Below, piece by piece: positions 10,045 to 22,400 of a DNA stretch of 64,000 nt. Below the pieces are notes generated by a model that worked only from the letters and a program-made list of their open reading frames with translations, had not been told where the DNA came from and made no database searches. Numbering within the stretch: the stretch's first letter is position 1; every line of letters starts with the position of its first letter. Origin of the DNA: Phallusia mammillata (Eukaryota); the NCBI GenBank assembly GCA_965637545.1, contig OZ281496.1, positions 27,776,001 to 27,840,000 on the forward strand, written 5' to 3'. The translations under genes were made by a program, and so were the position numbers.

Positions 10045-13000
10045 CAACAATTACATTCAAAATTGACGTATAGCAGTTATACTTGCCCTTATCAGTTGAC
10101 GAAGTTCGCGGTTGGATGAAGATATCACCGTAGAAACAAATGTTTCCTCCGAATCGATAGCAGACTCTGGAACAGAAATGTAGAGCGTGAAATCTGTACA
10201 AACTGCACAAATGGCACAAACATATCGCTCAAGGCTAAGCGGGGTGCACCTTGAATGGCCTTCAGCATTTAATTTATTATTCATCTTAAAGTAAAGGTAG
10301 CATAGATAATATCGTTTGTTAAATTGCCTGTTCACTGATGAATAAATCGATCCCAGCAGTCTTCTTCTGGATGGCGAGGGCCTTCTAGCGCAAAGTTTTC
10401 TGAAAATTCTGAAAAAAAGTACCCTAAATGGCCTTCAGCATTCAATTAATCATTTATCGTGTAGTAAAATTGGCATGGGCAATATTATAGGAAAAATTAC
10501 ATAAAATAATAACGTTTATCCTAGACAAGTGTCTTGCCTCTCAAGTTTGTTTACCTGTATATAACATTCCAACGTATGAACCTAATTCCTTCTCGGCATT
10601 TGTTGGCTTCGATACAGGAGAAACGTTGATAAAGAAACGTCTGCAACGAAAGAATCAGGTTTGTACAAACATAATTAAGACTAAACTACAGTTAATTGCT
10701 TAGTGTTATTTATTTAATTGTGGAGATTTCAAACCATGTTGACAACCGAAATATCAGAATGTGACATGCCAAACATGACGTGCAACATGCCAAATCACAA
10801 TGCAAAAATAGAACATTTACTATACTACATGTCTGTCCTATCCTATCAGTCGCCGATTGTGCAGCCGATGCCGAAGTCAACACCAAACATACGTCTTCTT
10901 TGATCGCCCAAGTCTTCACCACGAGGTACTGCAAAAAAAATGGCATATAGCTTTCGGCCCATAGCAAACCAACACCAATGATAAGCTATAAAAAATACTC
11001 AAAACTTGGACATTGTAATCGAGAAACAAATTCAAAGACTCGACTTTTGCAGAAAAAAAGCAGTAAGTTTTCAATAAAGAAAATTACCTGATATTTTTCG
11101 CCGTATAACATCTGCTGTGGGCTTTTTGCATCACCAACTGTTTCACATCGTTAACTGTTCTTTGGCACAATTACCTAACGAAAAAATGACAGATAGCAAA
11201 CAAGCACGTACAAAAATTAAGCAGCAAAAATATGTATTACACAAATGACAGTAAACTTGTCATTACTGAACAAACAAAGAATTTATCAATTATGTGTACA
11301 CATTCTCATGAACAAAACTTACAGACGAGCTGGTGTGACTCGTTTTCGAAGTCTCTGATGAATGCATGCCTCGTTAGGTCACCATCAAGTTCGTGTGTAG
11401 CAAACGAACCTTTCTTTTCCGCTGCTAAGTAATTTTTGGTCGCCTCTTGCCGCCGCTTGTCGTCATGAATTACTAAAAAGGACTCTGATAAGCCCTGGTG
11501 CATAAAAACTTCAAAACTATACAATACGAAACGTTACAGTAAACTTACAGGGGAGATCAAATGTGAAGTCTTCCATGAACGCATGCCTTGCCAATTCCCC
11601 GGCTGCCTGTTGCCCAAAATCACACCGGTTTAAATTAAAGCAAACAAAACTTGTTTAACTCGCCTGTGCAGGTTAATGTTGGTCCGTCATCACAATAAAT
11701 CCAATATTGCGGCAGGCGAAAGGGATTTTTCGTGGAACCTGGAACAAAATGACCCAACTAATTTATCCAAACATTCCAAACAACTTTTTTGTATGCCGGT
11801 GCGTAAGCAACTTAGTGGCCACCCATGTTGATCTCTGTACTCACACCGAACAAGTTCGCTAATAAACACGTTACCTGCATCTTTCACGCTGTATATCATT
11901 TTCGATCGTCTCCAATAGCCAAGCCTTTTTCACCATGAGTTACTAAGGAAAGAATGACAGATTTATAGCCTAAAAACATATCAACCAAACACCAAAAAAC
12001 AAGCTAATACAAAGAGTAACAGTAAAAATTTCCGAAACTTTGCATTACAAAACAGATAAAACTTCCATTAATGTCTGGAAGATATTTAAAAAACCCAGTA
12101 ACACAACTTACAGGCGAATAATTACGTGATTTGGTTTAGCAGCTATATCAGACAGTCACTGATAAAGTGGTGCCTCGTCCTAACCTGCTAAGCTCTTGGT
12201 CAGCGCTCCGATATTCGAAGGTCCTGAAGAAAAATGAGCGTTAATTCGGCAGGACCCCAAGTTGAAACATTGTTTACATACATTTGTCACATACGGATAT
12301 GCATTGGTTTCTCCACTGCTCCTCCAAGTTTCGATAGATTCGAGTTTCGATGGACACAAATCTGCAACAAAACTACAGCAGAAATTGATGTACAAACCTA
12401 ATTACAATTAATTGCTTACTGTCCTAAAACACACGTGGCATGCAAAACATGAAGTGCAGCATGCAGAGCAATAGTGTTTACCATGCTGCAACTTATCGTT
12501 GTCTATGGTTCCGCAAATGTTTACTCCGTGAGACTTAAAAACCAGGTTTACTTAACTTTATCTGTTTGAAATTCCGAAGTATTTTCCCTTTTGGTCTCCA
12601 ACTATACGATCCATGTCTTGGTGCCTTCCTGTAAAAACAAAAACAAAAGCAGTACTAAAGTACGCAACACACATTACTAAATCTAACTTATTTATTATAT
12701 AATATATACGTATGTACTCATGCTCATGCTGACAACTCGTGTGACACGCACCATGCCAAATCACAATGGAAAATTAGTAGGTGACGTGTAACATGCCAAA
12801 TCCACATACTCTATTCGCCAATTATGGGGCCAAGTTTTTAGGCCGTGAAAAAATGTTACTTAACTTCATTCAGCCGGACTAAAATTTTCGTCTTGACTCC
12901 ACGCGACTCGCTGACTTCCTGTAAAACCAAAGCAAAATCAGTACCAAGAAACACAACACAATATTTGACTTAAGTGATACTATAAGTTTTGATTAACATG

Positions 13001-13601
13001 TGAATATATATGTAAACGATATACTATTTTCACATGTTTGTGACTGAATCTAAGCGGTTCAATGCAGGGATTGAATTTTTGAAAATACTCGCCTGCTCGA
13101 TTGTTGTAGCCATGTTTCTTTAATTTGACTGTTTAATGATTATTGGATGCACGAAAATCCAATCAAAACCTAAAACAAAACAATCCAACAGCTGTACTAT
13201 GTATTTGGGAAGCTACGCAAACTTATTTACTACATTTCAATCCGATATCGGTGTAAAAACCAAGTTTAATTTCACATCGGTCCCGACTAAATTTATTTTA
13301 CTTCGTAATAATGAAGTTACCTGCAGATCTCCTTCGCCCGTCCACTTCCGACACTTTTTCTTTTCCTTCCGCCAACAAGAACGTTCGCCTTCCAAACGTC
13401 ACGCGAGTGTTATTTACCCGTCACCAGTTTGTCCGCAGGAACTAAAAAGAATCAAAGTGACAAACATTAATTGTACAACTTCACATCTCGAACACCTTTG
13501 GACAGTGGTTTATGTTGTTCCTGACTTACAATAACAAGAGTAAATATAAAATTGTAAGACACGTATTAAATAAATTTTGCTAATAAATTAACTTTTGCTT
13601 G

Positions 13602-13668
13602 CCAACCTAAGGTTCGAACCTCAATCCTTAAATTCTTTGTACAGCATCTGTACCACTACACTGTGTGT
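13602..13668 (-). mobile_element. tRNA-derived SINE-like remnant
   Basis: Minus strand carries an A-box-like TGTAGTGGTA and a B box GGTTCGAACC; no complete cloverleaf. Confidence 0.35.
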
Positions 13669-14277
13669 GACAATGGTTAAACGTTCCCAAAGTTTTAGTT
13701 TTCTACGTTTAATTGCTGATAGCAGTTGAGGCAGTGGCAATGCAGATAAGTTGTGTCACTGACGGTTGTGGCTCAGGTTTTGTCTAAGAGGGGAATATTT
13801 TTGCTTTTGTTTTTAAGAAACTCACTGAACTATTTCTTTGTCTTTGTTCAGCACTGTTGCAGTGGTCTTTCCAAAACAGGTGGGTTTCTCCTGAAATTTA
13901 TTCAAATATTAATCATTGTAGGCTACGGACTGAAGGAATCAGTTAAACTCTTTGCATGTGATTTTAAACGTGTGAAGTTAAGGATATGTACACGTTAAAC
14001 TATCTTCACATGTTCGTTACTAAATTTAGGCGATTCATATTAGGTATTGAATGAAAATATTTACATGCCTGCTTGATTCTTGTAGTCATGTTTCCCCCGT
14101 TTAACTGTTGATTGATTATTGGATGCACAAATATCCAAACAGAACCTAACACAAAACGATCCAACATGCAATTAGGAAAGCTACGAAAATCTATTGAACA
14201 TATTGTTTTCCGGTATAGACACAGTAACACACAAGTACATCGATACCGATAAGTCGACTTAACCATAACGAAATCAC

Positions 14278-14390
14278 CTGCAGCACAGCACGCAAGTTGA
14301 ACAGCCACCCTCAACGCGAGCAGGAAAAGAAAGAACGACCGATTGCACGCGCCTGAAAAATTTGGTCTCACATGATACCGTTCAATCACA
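14278..14390 (-). promoter_or_regulatory. Candidate TCT/TOP-like start and first exon (paralog of 27124-27290)
   Basis: Minus strand GGTCGTTCTTTCTTTTCCTGCTCGCGTTG...TGCAG|GTGATT. TTCTTTCT fits the YYCTTTYY TCT motif, and a CAAT-like element lies upstream. Confidence 0.4.
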
Positions 14391-15524
14391 GTGCATTACC
14401 CGGGTGTTCGTCAATTGTCCAAAGGCAGGCATTGTTGCGTGAGATAGCAAGTCCTACAGAAACAATATTTTGTAAATATTATAGTATACGGCGACAGGTA
14501 TAAAATTGTGCAGCCATAGATACCCTAGTTTTGACTCGAGATTATTGGCGGTGTGTTGCACTATATAGTATATGACAGCATTGGTCGAAGCTTCCGCTGA
14601 AAAACATAGAAAAATAAGAAAACTTAATATTCGACTTCCGGTAAACGATAGTGCCTCTTTTAAGGTTGTTTAACTTACATTTAACATTTTTCAGTATGAA
14701 TCTAGTTCATGCAGGTTTTGATGGTTTCTAGAAGCTTTGATAGACAACCTCTGCAACATAACGTAGTTATTGAGAAGACACGGCGATTTAATTACTACTG
14801 TTGTGTTCACAGGTTTTATTCTGTCTACTCACAATCAAAACACACGTGACATGCTCACACAAAGTACAGCATGCAACATCACCTTGCAAAACTACGATAT
14901 TCGCTATAATACAATTATACAACTAGGTCGCTAATCGGCAAACCATTAAAAATTTAAACATAAGGTTAACTTAACTTCTTTAATAAGTGTTTTCCAGTTG
15001 AGTTCTCTTAAGTTGTTGGGGTAACACTTTCTACCTTGTTGCCTCGCGCTTTTCCTCCGAAACTGAGAAGTTAAGAAATTGTCCCGTACAGATTGGCTTT
15101 TCCTGACATGTTCGATTAGTCGTTTAGCAAAAATTAGGAAAATCCGGTGAATGCTTCGATCTGTGAATTAAAAAGGTTAAGTATTGTGCAACCTTACTTT
15201 TCCCAGTGAGTCTAACACTAGTTTCCACCAACCTGTGAAGGTTTTATCTGTTGACCAGAAATTCCTACTGTTCTGAAAGACAGCACTGGTCTGAGTTTCT
15301 AAACTAAAGCATAAGCGATAATTATTCTCGGCAAGTGATCGGAGGTTGTACTTACATTTGGCAGTCAGCATATAATCAGATTTTTATGTGGCTTTCACAG
15401 GTTATAATTCTTCGGAGAAACGTTGATAAATAAACACCTGCAACAAAATACAAAGCAGCATTGGATGTACACACATAATTGACACTAAATAACAGTTAGC
15501 TAGCTACTAAAATACGCGGAACAC

Positions 15525-15724
15525 NNNNNNNNNNNNNNNNNNNNNNNNNNNNNNNNNNNNNNNNNNNNNNNNNNNNNNNNNNNNNNNNNNNNNNNNNNNN
15601 NNNNNNNNNNNNNNNNNNNNNNNNNNNNNNNNNNNNNNNNNNNNNNNNNNNNNNNNNNNNNNNNNNNNNNNNNNNNNNNNNNNNNNNNNNNNNNNNNNNN
15701 NNNNNNNNNNNNNNNNNNNNNNNN
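15525..15724. other. Assembly gap (200 N)
   Basis: Run of N. Confidence 1.
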
Positions 15725-16440
15725 CAGTCAACCCTCCAGAGACCAAAGGCTATCCATTTTAACTCAAGTGATGACCTTCATAATAACCAATCAGCTTTTT
15801 AACAGTTAAGGCTTTGGGGATGTTCAGTAGGATAGGAAAATGGCAGCGTGGTAAAATACAAATCTCTTGAGAGATGACCTCACCATTGCTACTGGCACCA
15901 AAAGCACTTACGCCCTGCCGCAGAGATAAAAGTTTGTGAATGGCAGATGTGCGATAATTGAGCGCCTTAAACAATTGGCAAACAAGCCTTGTGGTCTTGT
16001 AATGAGACATTCTGCATGGAAGTGCACTTGGGTAATAATAGTTTCTGAATTTAGGTTTAGTTAACACTTTTAGTTGTTATTCACAAACACAAGCCCAACA
16101 TTTTTAAACTTTTTTACCCTTGCAGAAGCCTTAAAAAAAATATAAAAAAAATATCCAAAAACCATATGCCACATATTTCTCATTTCTAGATAGTTGATTG
16201 TATCAAATACACGGCTAAACAAAATAATAATTATTAGACCAGTGTGTAAACAATAGTCCTCATTTGCAACATTTGATGGAATTTTAGAGTTGTGCTCGGC
16301 ACAGGAGATTATTGCACAATTTGTGTCATTTTTTCTAGCAAACCCCTTTGAGACCATTGTGGTTAAGAAACACTGCACTAGCCAGCAATATGCTGAGAAG
16401 GATAATTTTAACGAACACATGCATGATATAGGACTGAATA

Positions 16441-16623
16441 CAGTAAATCTCTGTTAACCTGGACACGTTTGGACCAAACAATTGTCTGGATTAGGTAAAG
16501 ATCCGGATTAATTGATGTCAATTACTTAAAGCCTTACCACATTAAAAATCATTTGTGTCTCGAGTTTGTCAGAATTAGGCGAAGATCAGGATTAACAGAA
16601 CCCGGTTTAATCGAGATTTTCTG
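16441..16623. mobile_element. Tc1/mariner (pogo/Tigger-type) MITE
   Basis: TIRs CAGTAAATCTCTGTTAA / rc CAGAAAATCTCGATTAA (14/17 match), flanked by TA on both sides. Confidence 0.7.
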
Positions 16624-16826
16624 TAGTTGCATCAGTATTAACTGAACTATCATAAATCTGTGCAGTTAAAAAATCAACGCACATGATAAAAAAAGGGTGA
16701 TTATGTCTGACACTGTGATTAAGACTTTTCAAACACAATCATTGACACAGCCAGCCAAAGCTTAGTTCATGTTGCAATTAATCATACAAAGTAAATGTTA
16801 GTTTTTGGTTTAAGGCAATTACCCAC

Positions 16827-18893
16827 CTTAATAACTTCGTTAACATTAGCCTGGCATGCAACCTGATCGCAGTTGTCAGGCACTGGTAGGAGGGTAGGAC
16901 CGAAACATACCGCTATGTTGTAAGCGTCCATCATATTTTCATCGCTGTTCTGCGACAAACTGAGCAAACAAAATGACAAGTTACTATCTTTGATTTCAGG
17001 TAACATACACATGTTTACATACATTTTCCATGAACTAGTAAGTACTGAAGCTAAGTTTACTATACACTTTGATAAAATAGGCTAGTGATGAATGACTTCA
17101 CATTAAAGTTTACAGTCTATACTTATTTTCTGGTGACTCATGATTTTATTAATACTCATTTACACATTATAAACAGTTTGACTAATATTGACTTATCTAA
17201 TGTCATGTGATGTTTCAGTTAAATCCAACGCTTTATAGGAAACTATTTAATTAAAATTTAAAAATGTGATTAGCATTATCAATTTACATGTATTTTATTA
17301 TTTCTTACTGACACAACTTTTTGCAAACATTTTCTATGAGCCAGGACTGTTTTGTTATTTTATGTATTTTCAAAAATGAATCCACTCTATTTTAATCTTG
17401 GCACTTTTACTAAAATTTCTTGTTTTATTGAAGGCTATAATTTTGCCAGCTAGGGCTGTTGTCAATATTACAGACCACAAATTTGAAACAAAGTTAATAT
17501 CTTACTGGTTTAGGAAGGCAAATAGATATCGCATCACAATCAAGACTGACTCAGGAATGTTGAGAATGATTTGTCGGATTTTTGTCACCCTCTCTTCAAT
17601 GTTGCTAATATCTAAAGAAAAAATTGTTTAAAAATCAGTTAACCACACAAAAACGAAGAAAATTCGACTTTATATTCCACCGACTTATAGAAACATTTCG
17701 GCAAAAACTAAAGAGGTCCTAGTAAAAAAAAAATTTGTTGACAAATTTTAAACTAACTTTTTCCACAATGATCACAGTTATTTTTACATATTTATTTCGA
17801 TCACATACTACTGTGAAAAACAAAGTTAAAAAACCTACGTGCACATTTTTCAAGGTCTTCAAAAATATATTGTGGAAATAGCTTCTCATCTAATTGTCTG
17901 AAATACAGCTTAAGTAATCCTGCAACTGAATTAATATCTGCGTCATCTTCTCGTTCACTGATGGGATCTTCACCAGCTTCGAATAGTCCTTTCATCTCAG
18001 TTATTTCCTGTACAAAATGACAAGGCTTTAATATACTTAATCAACATTGCCGCATGTTGATTAAATTATAGGATAGGGTTACCAGACGCCCAGAGATGTC
18101 CGGAATTCCGGCATAAAATCTGTGACTTTTAAATACACTTGTAATGTCCAAAAAACTGGTAGCCTACAAGTTTTCAAAGTGGCCGAAATTTGCTGGTGTG
18201 ATTCAAGCAAGAGGGAAAATGCCTTATCCTGTTAATATTCAAAACCGATTGATTGTTTTTTCTTTATTTTTAGTGTACACGGATGTTTAAAGCGGTTTAC
18301 AGTTACTGTCGTCTGTGCGGTTTTTGATACACGGTTGTATCAAACACAATATGGCGTCAGTTTAGTATCAAGTAAGGTATTTATTGAAATTGTCAGGAAT
18401 TCAGCCCACTCAGATATGTTAACTGTATTAAACCATTCTATGAATATAGATTATTGATTAATGTACTGATGCTCAAACTTATGCTTGCAGCAGACTGACA
18501 AATATTGTTTTGATTACAAATTTGCTGACCAAAAACAGCACAGTTATATTCAAAGAACTAGATGTACATCAAAATAAACGCCACACCACAAAAGTATTAG
18601 TGCCACAAGAATTAAAATCATTATTCTACCACAAAAAAGTTTTTTCAACACATAGCTTTTTAATTTTGTAAAAATTACAAGGTTTTGCTAAGTTATCGGT
18701 TTATGGTTTTCGCCTGTGAAAAATAATTTAACTGTATTTAAAATTAAAAACCAGCAATTAATTTCTAAATCTTTACACAAATGCTAACCTGGTGTGAACC
18801 AGGAACTCGAAAGATGCCCTGATGGTGAAGGCCGTACAAATTAATGATACGAATGCAACTTTCGACGACAAGTGGAATCGAACGACCAGATTC
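16827..18893 (-). CDS. SRGAP: SLIT-ROBO Rho GTPase-activating protein (SRGAP family), RhoGAP-domain exons only; partial gene
   Basis: Four in-phase GT-AG exons 18789-18893, 17839-18007, 17506-17611 and 16827-16959. They translate to ESGRSIPLVVESCIRIINLYGLHHQGIFRVPGS..GEDP..DINSVAGLLKLYFR..LIVMRYLFAFLNHLSQNSDENMMDAYNIAVCFGPTL..DQVACQANVNEVIK, with the arginine finger intact. No flanking F-BAR or SH3 exons were found. Confidence 0.9.
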
Positions 18894-19439
18894 CTACAAG
18901 TAAGTAGATTGTCAGTACAAGTAAAAATTTGCATAAGGCCTTTACATATGGATGCATAAAGTATAATGTCAATGCAATAGTTGCCAACTTTTTTAGGTAT
19001 ATTAGTCTTATTTAGTATATCATGGTTATAGCCAGGGTTGCCACACCATTCTCATTTATAGGATTTGTCCTTATTTCTAAGAAATGTCCTTGTATGTGAC
19101 TTGGGTCCTTATTTTGTCTTATTTTTAACAATTACAAAACTTCTATCTTGGTAAAATGACAGTCAAATCCCTGCTACAAGTAAAAGTAAACCCTTTGACT
19201 TAAAAAAGGTGACTTGAAAACCAGTTTCAAGCCATGCAATATCAGATAAGTAATCTATGCATTTTGAAATATTTAACTACTTTATGCATCCAATACATAT
19301 TATTTTTTAACAATATATATATGTATATGGTACAGATTTTATTTCTCAAAAACGTTGTTAGGGTCAGTGTACACGAAGTGCAGAATTTTTCTGGGCACAT
19401 ACACTCATGACATTTCACACGAAAATGCATTTTTGTGTA

Positions 19440-22400
19440 ACGTTTGATTTGTCCTGTAATTATTGGTAAGCGGTTACAAAAAAAATTGGGAAATCCTGTG
19501 TATGGTGAAACAATACTTTATGACATACGCACTGTTTGCACTAACCTGTTAAGGATCTGTGGGTCAAAAATCCCGACGATCCTGCAGGACAGCAAATGTC
19601 AAGGCTCTATAGGAAAATATTTAAAATTGGCGATGTTTATAGAAAATACTGAACAGGCGTTTCGTCCACCAGGTTGCATATTTAACAAATTTGTCGTTCA
19701 ACTGGTGTAATGCTGAACAAAATACGATGTTTGCCTGTCCTTGGCATGCAAAAGGATCATTATTCCAAGCTTGTCTACTTACATCTGGCATCTCTGATAC
19801 ACCGGACTCTTTCACAGCTTATGTAAGTTTCTATGCTTTGAAGAAACATTGAAGAAAAATCATCTAAATTAAACGTTTTGATAAAATGAATAATTTCATA
19901 CATTTGTGTGCCTGCCCTCTTGTGGTAGTTTAGGAAATTGAATTCCACTGTATTGTGCATTTCATAGGGATCTACGACCACAAGAAACAATTTTATTTGT
20001 CCGATAGAGAATGGCTTATATTGCCGTGTTCGGCAAGTCGTTTAAGAAAAACCCGTATATACCGGCCACTGCGGATAAAATGCTAAGCTTTGTGCAGACG
20101 TATACTAGTAACGCTGTTTCGCCCTAACCTGTGAAGGATTTAACTGTTGGTTATGAACAGTTAAATCCAATAAATGCTGAGTCAGACAGAAGTGACACCT
20201 TCTTCTGTTCTTGCTTTACTTCTTTTTTCACCACATTGGGCTTTGGTAGGGATTTTTTGCTTCTAAAACTTTGGAAGCCAATTTTTGGCCGCACTTTGAT
20301 GGGTCTGACTGGGTTTTTCCAACCTTTTCCTTGCTTTCATTTCTGAACTTTTATCACTTATTTTTGGTTTGTCAGTTTGCACAGTATTGCTTGTTTGCAC
20401 AGCACTGGTCAAAGTTTCTAAAGGAAAACATTAACGATAGTTATTCTCGGCATCCGTTGCTCAGAGATTGTTTACTTACATTTTGCATGTAAACACCTCA
20501 GTGACTTTTGTAGGTGCCAGTCCTTCGTCGAAACTTTGGTGAACAATCTGCAACAAAACATATAGCAGCATTCGATGTACAAACGAAACTGATACAAAAT
20601 AACGGTTAGTTATCGTTGCATGTCCTATTGTTAGAACACACGTGACATGCAAAAAAGTGCAACATGCCAAATTGCTGTGCAAAAAGTAAATCCTCATTTT
20701 TTTAAAAGTAAACAACTAGGTCGCTGTTTATGTGGCAAACCATTAAACTAAAAAAAGGTTAACTTAACTTTAATGGCTTCGTAGCCCGATCGTACTGCGA
20801 TTTTCCAAAGAAAATAAAAGCCCTTTTCTCGTCTGTAAGGTTTGATTTGTCCTGTAATTATTGGTAAGCGGTTACACAAAATCACTAAAATCCTGCATGA
20901 GCTGAAAAAATACTTTTATGACATACAGCAAAAGCTAACATTGTGCAGCCGTGATTGATATTTTTAGTCAAGGTTATTAGTAATCTGGTGCTGATTCCAC
21001 CAACCTTCCTAGGATTTGACTTGTTGGTCTAGGATCCCTACGATCTTGTTAAGTCATCACAGGTCCAAGTTTCTGAAGGAACACATGAGCGATAATTATT
21101 CTTGGCATGCGACAGAAGGATCGTTGCTCCAAAGTTGTCTACTTACATTTGGCAGTCAGCATATAACCAGATTTCCATGTGGCTTTTGCAGGTTCTAGTT
21201 CTTCGCAGAAACTTTGATGAAGAAACGCCTACAACAAAACGCAAAGCAGCAATCGTTGCACAAACCCAACTGACACTATACAACAGTTAGCTAGCTTCAC
21301 ATGTCTTATTGTGCGTACTAATATTCGGAACAAATGTGACATGTAAATCAACATGCAAACTATAAAGTGCAACATGCCAAGTCACCATGCAAACTATAAA
21401 GCTCGCTAAACTACAACTTAACAACTAGATCGCTGATTAAGTGGCAACCCAAAGCCATGAAATGGTAAAAAGTCAGATTAACTTAACTTCGATCGGTTGG
21501 AAGTCAGGCGGTATTGCAATTAGTGGGCTTTCTGCTGAAACTACAAGAAAACATACACTTTGTTTGTATAGCTTAGCATGTATGATTATTGGTAAGTTTT
21601 CTTACATAATAAGAAAATCCTGTTTATGCTGAAACAAATATTTTCACGACATACATCAAAAGCTAAAAATAGTGCAGTCTTAGTTATGAGCAAGATTACT
21701 GATACTGACTACTGTTGCACCAACTTGCAAAGAATTTGACTTGTTGGTCAAGAATTCCTACGATCCTGCAGGACAGCACAGGTCGATAGTTCTGAAGGAA
21801 AGATACAAAAGTAGCGATATTTAGCATTCTTATCGGCACGTGATAACGACATTTACTTACTACAAACATGTACGCATAAGAACCGAATTTTTCCACTGCT
21901 TTTGCAGGTTTCCATGTTTCGTAGAAACTCTGCAACAAAAAGTAAAGCAGCATTCGATGTTCAAACTTAATTCAGACTAAAGAACAATTAGTTGACTAAA
22001 GGTAAGAACACACGTGACATGCAAAACACAAAGCCAAATCAGCATGCAAAACTGAGATTCTGACGACACTACCACAACTACTAAAGTATATAAATCAACC
22101 CTAAAACCAAAGTTAACTTAACTTCAATCGGTTTGGCTCTGAATTCCGTCTTGGCTCAGCATCTGTCGAGGTCTATAGTGGAAAACGTTAGCGATAGTTA
22201 TTCTCGGCATGCGACATAAGAATCGTTGCTCTGAGGTTGTCTACTTACATTTAACCGTCAGCATATAACCGGATTGCTCCGTGGTTTTCGCTGGTTCCAG
22301 TTCTTCGTCGAAACTTTGACGAACATTCTGTAACAAAACATAGGGCAGCATTCGATATACTAGCACAACTGAGCCCAAATAGCAATAAGTTAGCTTCGAA

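Larger units (their letters stand above)
3880..10440 (-). repeat. Tandem array of ~730-800-bp monomers arranged as ~1531-bp A/B dimers (8 monomers plus partial ends; interrupted at ~8560-9150)
   Basis: The anchor ggaacagaaa recurs at ~4193, 4988, 5722, 6519, 7253, 8058 and 10168 (tgaaacagaaa variant at ~9447). Alternate monomers are near-identical, which explains the duplicated ORF-track entries 4555/6086 and 5364/6893. Confidence 0.95.
3880..14340 (-). ncRNA. Putative multi-exon non-coding host transcript(s), left paralog group
   Basis: Regular minus-strand AG/GT(GC) exon units, e.g. exons 4906-4985, 4657-4735 and 4354-4423 (80/79/70 nt). No continuous ORF after splicing. Candidate first exons lie at 14278-~14335 and 13321-~13400. 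Transcription is inferred from splice signals only. Confidence 0.5.
8691..15524 (-). other. Conserved intronic GCAYG/CACGTG element, left cluster (6 copies, last cut by the gap)
   Basis: Copies at ~8691, 10756, 12430, 12736 (rearranged), 14841 and 15519 (truncated). Plus-strand consensus acacacgtgacatgcaaa-n-gtgcaacatgccaaatcaccgtgcaaa. Confidence 0.75.

Noticed and set aside
4555-10335. Repeated MER(Q/R)CKRALILSLHVLVLK ORFs as a protein family
   Set aside because: They run through the hairpin intron and across splice sites; their identity just reflects the DNA repeat.
11690-11899. Ankyrin-like ORF (DQHGWPL)
   Set aside because: Only a superficial motif; the ORF runs across a splice donor and lacks repeat periodicity.
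16021-16060. Next SRGAP exon (TIITQ)
   Set aside because: There is no AG in the required phase, and the following sequence is not SRGAP-like.
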